Source: Zygophlyctis sp. KS116 (lineage: Eukaryota > Fungi > Chytridiomycota). Taken from it: DNA of 7,974 nucleotides. Both the position numbers and the translations under genes were made by a program. The notes beneath the pieces are model-generated. The model was not told the DNA's origin. It saw only the letters and a program-made list of their open reading frames with translations, and did not search any database. Below, piece by piece: positions 1-6,881 of this stretch (position 1 is the stretch's first letter; each line of letters opens with the position of its first letter). Location: positions 1 to 7,974 of the forward strand of contig BAAFSQ010000393.1 of NCBI GenBank assembly GCA_054661495.1, read 5' to 3'.

Positions 1-100
1 TGCATTCTGAGTCTGATCTAGAATGTCGGGATCTATAGTCATCAGAAAATTAATTACATTCCACGATCCGAGAGTGCGTTTGTTTCCCCCTTGATGACAT
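1..100 (-). CDS. 5' end of an unknown protein-coding gene running off the left edge; exons 100-58 and 32-<1
   Basis: Minus-strand ATG at 100. Removing the 25-nt intron 57-33 (GTAATTAATTTTCTGATGACTATAG) gives an open frame MSSRGKQTHSRIVEYPDILDQTQNA to the window edge. Intron size and signals match the other 12 introns. Too short to assign a product. Confidence 0.65.
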
Positions 101-204
101 TAATTCATATTTGGCAATCTAAGGGATCAAAGTTTAACAAACTGGGAAATCTTCCGATACAATCGAGCCAATTGCTTACGTATGCAAGTCTCAAATTTCC
201 GATC

Positions 205-1316
205 ATGGCAAGTAGATATGAAAGGGAAGATTCTGATGTTAACATTGCTGTAATATCTAATGATGATCATCCAATGACTAATAACTTTGAATTGGAAGAG
301 CCTCCATTGCTATCATCCGCACCAGGACCTTGGTGGCACAAGATGAGCGCTAATCCGGCAGATTGGTATAAAGGAGCAGTCAAAGAAGCAAAAGATTTCT
401 CTTGGGAAATAACAGAACCAAATCATGTGGTAAGTTTTACTATTATTAATGATTTAGCTATTACGAGCAATCTTTGGAGAAGGACTCTGTACCTTTCTAT
501 TTCTCTTCATTGTAGAAGCTACAGTAGTCAATAATGGACGACAATCACAACCGGAAAATTTAGTATTGGGTTGTATTTCGACTGCATTTTGTTCAATTGC
601 ATTAATTTATTCTTTTGCTGATGTCAGTGGTGCTCATTTTAATCCCGCAGTTACATTTGCAACAGTTGTAACTGGTAAAACTACTGTTAGAAAAGGATTG
701 GCATATTTAGGAATTCAATTAATCGCTTCCATTTTTGCGACATTGGCATTAATGATTGTTTTTCCACGTCCAACTGCAGCTGATACAAAAGCAACTATTC
801 CAGAATATGTAATTGTTGATATTGACTCTACTGCGAAATATACTCATGCATTTTTCATGGAAGTTATGCTCACTTTTATTCTTGTTTATGTCATTTTTGC
901 AACTGCATTCGATACTGTGGATACAAAAAATAATATTAAAGTAGAAGCTGATGGATCTAGAACAGCCGAAAAGAAGACAACAGGTCAAAATTTAACTATT
1001 TATGTAAATTAAGTAAATAATATTTTAGACAACATCAGGAAATACAAAAGCAGGTTTTGCCCCAGTAGCCATTGGATTTACTCTTGGATTTCTTTCACTA
1101 TTAGGTGGAACTGTTTCTGGTGGTGTTTATAATCCAGCTCGTGCATTCGGACCTGCAATCATTAGCGGAAGATGGGCACACCAGGAACTTTACTGGTTTG
1201 CCGATTTCTTGGGAGCAGCACTCGCTGGATTTGCTCAATCTCTTTTTGCTCATGAAGCTCAGCAAACTAGCTCTAATATCAAGGCTAAAACTGTCTTGAA
1301 ATCAGCAAATGTTTAA
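205..1316 (+). CDS. Aquaporin / major intrinsic protein (MIP), about 352 aa; exons 205-429, 458-1003, 1029-1316
   Basis: Removing introns 430-457 (28 nt) and 1004-1028 (25 nt) gives one frame with TM1 LLRAIFGEGLCTFLFLF, SGAHFNPAVT, TM4 FFMEVMLTFILVYVIF, APVAIGFTLG, GGVYNPARAFGPA and LYWFADFLGAALAG. Both NPA motifs are intact. Confidence 0.95.
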
Positions 1317-1356
1317 ATGCAATAAGAAACTTTTAATACAAATTAGTTAAAAAACT

Positions 1357-3209
1357 ATGAGTGATAGCGATTCCTCTGATGAATGGGTCGAGGCCCCACA
1401 ATCAAAAACAGCTCAGTCAACACTCAAGAGAGACGATTGGATGACTTCTTCTTATGATACAATCGGCAAAGTAAAGAAACGCCGAAATCCTGACGAGCTT
1501 GCAGATGATGAATTAACTCCTAAAGAATTAGCTGAAAGGAAGAAAAAGACTGCTAGAATAGATAGAGAATTAAATCCAGATTTTAAACAGGTTCTTGCAA
1601 CTAATAATGGAAATGAGGCAATCGAACAATCTACAGCAAATGTGGCACCTCGAATTAGAAAGTATGAATTTGGAGATAAAGGATCTTCTTGGCGAATGAT
1701 GAAGCTTAAAAGAGTATTTGAAATGGCTGAAAGAGAATCTTTACCTGTTGAAGAGGTGGCACTGGAAAGATATGCTTCTTTAGAAGAATTTGAGGATGCA
1801 TTAGCAGAAAAAGACTTTTTAGCTGGAAAAAGGCCTCAAGGGCAATCAGAGCAGAGGAAGAGATCTTCGAAATATATGAACCCAAGTGAACAGAAAGCAA
1901 GCGCTAGTGTTCAAAAGGAGATTGTTAAGTCATCTGTACCGGCCGCTATAGTATCAAATCAAATTAATACAATTTCTGATGATATATTGTCTGTTGATCA
2001 GCTTAATAAGCTCTATTCAAAACTATTAAAGGCAAAATTAATGGGGTCTTCCGAAGTTGGAGAATTGGAGGCACGTTATGAAATTGAAAAGCACAAATCA
2101 GAGAATAATGTAATTATTTCAATTAATTGTTAGAGGGTGGTGGTTTTGCCAAATATTGATAGTAGAGGAATGTTAAAAACCAGTGCAAAAAATGACAAAC
2201 AAGATGGGAAGTCTCTACAGGATTCAGTATCTGACATGGTAAAAGAAGAAACTTTGGGAACGAATGATGGATACGATTCTATAGTTGCTGGAAGAATTAT
2301 GACTGACGGTGGATTTAAAGCTGATTTAGAGTATTTAGACGAAAGAGCAGATCAATTGGCGCATAAAAAGCAAAATAATGTCTCATCGAGAGGTCAGAAG
2401 TTTGCTATAAATGGTATTTTGACCTTTTAAATTTTAGATTTTCGACGTTCTCAAGAGGCAAGGAAAAATTGCCCTTTCTGTTCAGAAGATCAGATGGGAC
2501 CAAGGGCTCAGATTATTGCTCAAGGCACGAGAGTTTTCCTTTCATTTCCTGAAACAATTGATATGGTTGAAGGGCATTGTTTAATTGTTCCAAATGAGCA
2601 TGTACTTACTCTACTAGATTGTGATGATGATGAATGGACAGAAATTAGGAATTTTCAAAAGTCAGTCATTCGGATGTTTGATACATTAAACAAAGGTTTT
2701 TATTTTTTATCTTATTTTAGGGGTCGTATTTATAGAACAAGTGATATCTTTTCATTCGCATCGTCACGCAGTAATGGATTGCATACCAATTCCTGCAGAC
2801 TTTCATGCCGATTCTCCAGCCTACTTTAAGGTAACTTTTTGGAATTTAATCCAGTAGGAAGCAATTATGGAGAGTGAGGGGGAATGGTCTCAGCATAAAA
2901 AACTCATTGATACTTCTGATAAAGGGATTCGTCGCTCAATGGTTAAGAATCTCCCATACTTTCATGTATTTTTTAATTTTTAATCCATAGGTTTGGTTTG
3001 ATCCCAACCGTGGGTATGGTCATGTTATAGAAGACAGTAAAGAATGGAAGGAGTGGTTCGGCCGTGAAGTTATTGCCAGCATGCTGGATTTAGAACCAGA
3101 AAAATGGCGAAAGCCAAGAAGGCCAACAACTCGCGAACAATCAGAACGTAAAGAATGGTTTCAAAACAAATGGCATCCGTATGACTGGACACGTCTGTTA
3201 TCTAGCTAA
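1357..3209 (+). CDS. CWF19L2: Cwf19-like protein 2 (CwfJ C-terminal domains; intron-lariat spliceosome factor), about 575 aa; exons 1357-2109, 2134-2413, 2438-2695, 2721-2830, 2858-2965, 2991-3209
   Basis: Five introns (24, 24, 25, 27, 25 nt) join into one frame. Motifs: [87 protein letters not shown] and C-terminal [10 protein letters not shown]. No N-terminal metallophosphatase domain, which favours L2 over L1. Confidence 0.92.
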
Positions 3210-3235
3210 TTATATGCCTAATACTATTTGTGCTT

Positions 3236-4188
3236 TTATTCATCATCATTCCAATCATCTTCTTCTGGGTAATCATCATCAAGCCAATCCGGATTTTTAT
3301 CCAACTCTGGGAAGCTTGAGACATCATTAGGCGCAGAATTAGATGTCAATTCACTATCGTGGCTCCCTCCCATAAAGAAAAATGGGAAAAATCCTCCCCT
3401 TAAATTAGATGAAATAAAAAAATACCGCCCTGAATGCCTTGAGAAATAATCTATATCTATTGTGATTGCACAGCATAAAACAACTGCCCTTTCTTGTAAT
3501 GATAGACGTCGAACACTACCATTTTCCAAGTGAATTGCATAACTTCCAGTATCTGTAAAAATTTCTCGTGCAAATCCACCAAATGCTCTATTTACTGCCG
3601 CTAAATGCCTTCCTTGATCATCAACCAGTTGAAAATCCCAACCAAGAAATCCAGTATCAATCGCTGCAAACTGCTTTTTCCCAATAAACAGCTCATATTG
3701 CCTTCTCCATAGATGCCACACTTGTCTGACTTCTCCCAGTAATTCATCTTGTGCATTATAAACTCTAATTTCAGAATTTAGAAACCATTTAATCGGCCGC
3801 CTTATTTTCAAGACAACTTGACCATTAACATCCAAAATGCTTGCATTAAAAGGACGCCTAGTCAATAGCATCTGCCGAACTAAAGTTTGTAAAATACTAG
3901 AATCTTCTTCGATTATAAATCCAACGTCAGAACCATCAAATGACTTGATTGCATACTTATTCGCTTGCTTTAATTTAGAAACTTCATTCCTACCTCATAT
4001 CCTATGAGTACATTAAGCATTTCTAATTGGCGAGTAACTACTAGTGCTGATTGATTCAAAACCGATCCCAATCCTCCACTGGAAGGAGACAATTGAAATC
4101 TTTTAACTGGTCTAACCGTAGCGATTCTCAAAGTTCTTGTATAAAGTTTCAAATATGCATTAGACTGCATCATGATTGATTTGATCAT
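3236..4188 (-). CDS. AIM25: Phospholipid scramblase-family protein (Aim25-like), about 299 aa; exons 4188-3994, 3967-3426, 3398-3236
   Basis: Intron 3993-3968 (26 nt) joins LVVTRQLEMLNVLIGYE to QANKYAI. Downstream motifs: RQMLLTRRPF, WHLWRRQYELF, FAREIFTDTGSY, ERAVVLCCAITIDIDYFSRHS. The basic N-terminus lacking acidic residues resembles a mitochondrial presequence. The second intron, 3425-3399 (27 nt, in frame), is probable. The start could instead be 4173 or 4170. Confidence 0.88.
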
Positions 4189-4203
4189 TTCAACTTGTAT
4201 TCT

Positions 4204-5034
4204 TCACCCTACCCTATGGAAGGACCCATGCAATATAAAAGATTCAGTTACTTTCTGGACATTAATCAATGATTTTAATAAGATCTCTTCTTTTGAATTT
4301 CCAATCATTTCTATATAGAAAATGTATTCCCATGGTTTTCTATGACTTGGCCTTGAGTCTATTCGCGTTAATTGAACCTGATTCAAGGCTAAAAGCGCTC
4401 CGGATAATGCACCAGGCTTTTCATGATCTACTGTAAAAGAAATTAGTGTTTTGTTAGTCATATTTTGAATCCAAGAATTTGAGATATTCTTGCATTGAAT
4501 TTTAATAAATCTTGTCATATTTTCCCTAGAATTCTGAATTGATTCTTCCAAAATACACAATCCATAAAAGTTTGCACACTCTTTAGAACATATTGCAGCC
4601 ATTACACCATCACTATCAGATTGATATTTATAAAGTTGAGATGCAGCTCTAGCAGTACTAGATGACTCTACCCGTTCCACGCATTTATCCAGTTTAGATA
4701 TCCAATTACTACATTGTCCAAGAGCTTGAGGATGAGAAATGATTTTTGTAATTTTTGAAATTTTTGAATCGTTGATTGTTGCGATACAATGATTTATAGG
4801 AATTGTAGTTTCACAAGTAATTTCAAGATGAGGAAAAAGGAGCAGCGCATCAATCGTTTCAAGAACTGAACCAAAAATTGAGTTTTCTAAAGGAACAATA
4901 CCAACATGATCTTGAGAAATTGATTCAAAAACTCTGAATATCGTTTGAGTGGCAATAAGATCTTGTTCTTTTGCCAAGATCTGAGCTGCTGTATGAGTAT
5001 ACGACGCAGGAGGCCCAAGATAATAAGCAACCAT
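4204..5034 (-). CDS. PHA2: Prephenate dehydratase (PDT + ACT domain), about 276 aa, intronless
   Basis: YLGPPASYT, VPLENSIFGSV, SHPQALGQC, SSTARAA, NMTRF, and ACT motifs HEKPGAL, LTRIDSRPS, WEYIFYIE. Family similarity begins at MVAYYLG (ATG 5034), not at the ORF-track start 5172. Confidence 0.93.
   Translation of the reverse strand: MVAYYLGPPASYTHTAAQILAKEQDLIATQTIFRVFESISQDHVGIVPLENSIFGSVLETIDALLLFPHLEITCETTIPINHCIATINDSKISKITKIISHPQALGQCSNWISKLDKCVERVESSSTARAASQLYKYQSDSDGVMAAICSKECANFYGLCILEESIQNSRENMTRFIKIQCKNISNSWIQNMTNKTLISFTVDHEKPGALSGALLALNQVQLTRIDSRPSHRKPWEYIFYIEMIGNSKEEILLKSLINVQKVTESFILHGSFHRVG
4206..4215 (-). promoter_or_regulatory. AGGGTAGGGT motif in the last PHA2 codons; candidate promoter element for the scramblase gene
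   Basis: Identical to the S. pombe Homol E box sequence and 17 nt upstream of the scramblase ATG. AGGGTA recurs upstream of two other start codons. Confidence 0.35.
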
Positions 5035-5080
5035 GAAACCAAGGGTAATTCGTGGGCGCAGGTTGAATTGTATTGAAAAT

Positions 5081-5623
5081 ATGTCAAAAAGTAAGAGTGG
5101 CACCTTTTCCATCCATGATCCGCCTGGATATATCAGTCCATATTTACAAGACTTTTTATTAACAGATATCACTGGTCAACAGTTGTTGAATGTTGCCTAT
5201 CTGCTAGAAGTGGAATACTTGTCTCCTGCAACTGCATTTCCTGGATCTTTTCCTGCGCAAGGAGCTATTTCTGGATTAAATAATCGACTCATGATCAATC
5301 TTGTCTGTCGTAAGCAGGGAAATACAGACGCTATCAATGTCATCTTCCTGATAAATACAGGATCTCCAGTGACTTATCTTTCGGAAAAAGCAATGAGAGC
5401 ATTGTCAGGAAATAGAAATGATGGAAGCGTCAAGTTACCAGTGCAGTTACCAGTCATGATTCATACAAATAATGTTACTACATGCTATCTATCACCTCCT
5501 GATAAACACTTTGAAGATGTAAACGTGCTAGGAACAGATTTCTTTGTTGGAAACAGCGTAACATTAAAGGTAAACTATAGCTGTAACATATGCACATTAT
5601 TGATTGAGGAATATGAAATTTAG
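5081..5623 (+). CDS. Retropepsin-like (clan AA aspartic protease fold) protein with catalytic Asp replaced by Asn, about 180 aa, intronless
   Basis: VIFLINTGSPVTYLS resembles the hydrophobic-DTGS/A motif, and NVLGTDFF resembles the second retropepsin motif (ILGxDF). Start 5081 (GAAAATATG) is preferred over 5033, which overlaps the PHA2 ATG. Confidence 0.65.
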   Translation: MSKSKSGTFSIHDPPGYISPYLQDFLLTDITGQQLLNVAYLLEVEYLSPATAFPGSFPAQGAISGLNNRLMINLVCRKQGNTDAINVIFLINTGSPVTYLSEKAMRALSGNRNDGSVKLPVQLPVMIHTNNVTTCYLSPPDKHFEDVNVLGTDFFVGNSVTLKVNYSCNICTLLIEEYEI

Positions 5624-5658
5624 ATATTTTGCAAATAAAATGATTAAAGTCCCTTTAT
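5453..5658 (+). repeat. Left arm of a 206-bp inverted repeat
   Basis: Ungapped reverse-complement match to 7693-7898, with 5 mismatches at 5473, 5514, 5558, 5566 and 5582 (aligned by hand). Confidence 0.97.
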
Positions 5659-6245
5659 GCATAATATTCAAGGAGGGAGCTATATTTGAAGCCAAACCAA
5701 GACCCTTTCCAAGAGCAGTATCACTAATTGAACGAATTGCCAAATCTGTGCATGTATCTGGAAATAATAGAGCATTACATCTAAAATTATTTTTTCTAGT
5801 CTTACTGATTCTTGATTGCAAAATCTGCAAACATTTTAAATCTCAAAATCTGCTCTAAATCTTGTTTTGAAGTCTGATATTTTCCAAAATCAGAAATTTC
5901 AGAGTATTCCTCTTCCAAATCTATCCCATTTACTAAATCAAGTCTATTAGACTCTTTGATCCTACATTCCACAACTCCCATCATTTGAAAATTTCTCTTC
6001 TTAAATGTGAGAGTACTAGATTCCATAAAATACTTTTTACTAAAGTCTAGCAACAATACTGATGAATCATTCTCATTTAAACAAACTAGCACTTTAGCCT
6101 CCAACTTTTCCCTTGTTGATTGACCCATTGCAGAATCAAATTTAAGTTTCAACATTTCTAGAAAACATAATTGACAATACAATGTCCTTCGAATATAAAT
6201 ATTTCCTATTCCCTTGCACTTGATGCAACAATCCTTACTAGTCAT
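5597..6245 (-). pseudogene. CTU2: Cytoplasmic tRNA 2-thiolation protein 2 (CTU2/Ncs2), N-terminal part only, about 207 aa; exons 6245-5806, 5780-5597; the last ~20 codons come from the repeat
   Basis: N-terminal CxxC...YCxxCF...KF, a degenerate PP-loop region (VLVCLNENDSSVLLLD), TSKQDLEQILR, then after a 25-nt intron (5805-5781) LLFPDTCTDLAIRSISDTALGKG. The expected RP(L)xD motif and C-terminal zinc-binding region are missing. The frame enters the repeat at 5658 and stops at 5597, inside the opposite-strand gene. It may still be expressed as a truncated protein. Confidence 0.7.
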
Positions 6246-6340
6246 TCTATAATTTTCTAAAATCTAAAAATTTTAAAAATTGAAAATCTATTTCTACTCC
6301 ATCCAGTCATTAAAATTCCAATAGAGTAATCAAAATGTTT

Positions 6341-6808
6341 TTACTTTTTTGGTCCAATCGACAATGGAGCTCCAATATCTTTACCTCTTAATTTAACTCC
6401 CAAAGCCCGTTCTAATTTCATTAAAATCTGTTGATTTGGATTTAAAGCTTTTCCAGCTTCATAATCATTCACGACTGATGGTTTTTCATTAATTTTTGTC
6501 GCCAAGTCTTTTTGAGTTAGACCTTTTGCTTGTCTAGCTTGTTGAATTGCTTTAGAGACTGATAATCCAACTTTAGCAATATGAAAATCCTATAAATTTC
6601 AGACAATATAAAATACTTCAGTTTCATTATCAATTTTAGAAGCTTTTCTTGCGTCTATTCCTCCATGTTGCGCATTAGAAAGAGTCTTTTTCTCTGATAC
6701 AACTTCTTTTCCTGAGCGCATTGCTGAATTTATAGCAGATGATGATTTCTGAGCAGCAGAGTTTCCAGTCTTTTTTCTAATCACAGTCACAGAGTCCCAA
6801 TCTGACAT
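6341..6808 (-). CDS. MBF1: Multiprotein bridging factor 1, about 146 aa; exons 6808-6617, 6589-6341
   Basis: [13 protein letters not shown]...KIDNETE, a 27-nt intron 6616-6590, then [76 protein letters not shown] (HTH domain). Exon 2 is absent from the ORF track. Confidence 0.96.
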
Positions 6809-6835
6809 TTTAGGGCTGACGTGACTACCCTAAAA
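6808..6835. promoter_or_regulatory. Inverted TTTTAGGG/CCCTAAAA pair around a TGACGT (CRE/bZIP-like) core in the MBF1-SGNH divergent spacer
   Basis: TTTTAGGG (6808-6815), CTGACGTGACTA, CCCTAAAA (6828-6835): perfect 8-bp arms abutting the MBF1 ATG. Function is inferred from position only. Confidence 0.5.
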
Positions 6836-6881
6836 CTTAAAACCTGCCTGTTTCTGAAGTCTTTGCAACTTTCAACTCTTT

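Noticed and set aside
91-204. N-terminal extension of ORF 91..534
   Set aside because: It overlaps the minus-strand gene start and the divergent promoter. ATG 205 is more plausible, and the ORF tail after 429 is intron read-through.
205-3209. Broken ORFs read as frameshifted pseudogenes or sequencing errors
   Set aside because: Each break is an AT-rich GT...AG segment of 24-28 nt whose removal restores conserved motifs exactly.
5035-5172. PHA2 start at 5172
   Set aside because: The extra 46 aa have no PDT similarity and overlap the opposite-strand gene.
6246-6310. Upstream mini-exon (ATGACTGGATGGA) for CTU2
   Set aside because: It would need an intron outside the 24-28-nt range, and ATG 6245 already precedes the CxxC motif.
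6784-6791. CAGTCACA (Homol D-like box)
   Set aside because: It lies in MBF1 codons for the conserved SVTV sequence and is explained by protein coding.
6808-6835. Telomere or interstitial telomeric array
   Set aside because: Only two single inverted units, not a tandem array.
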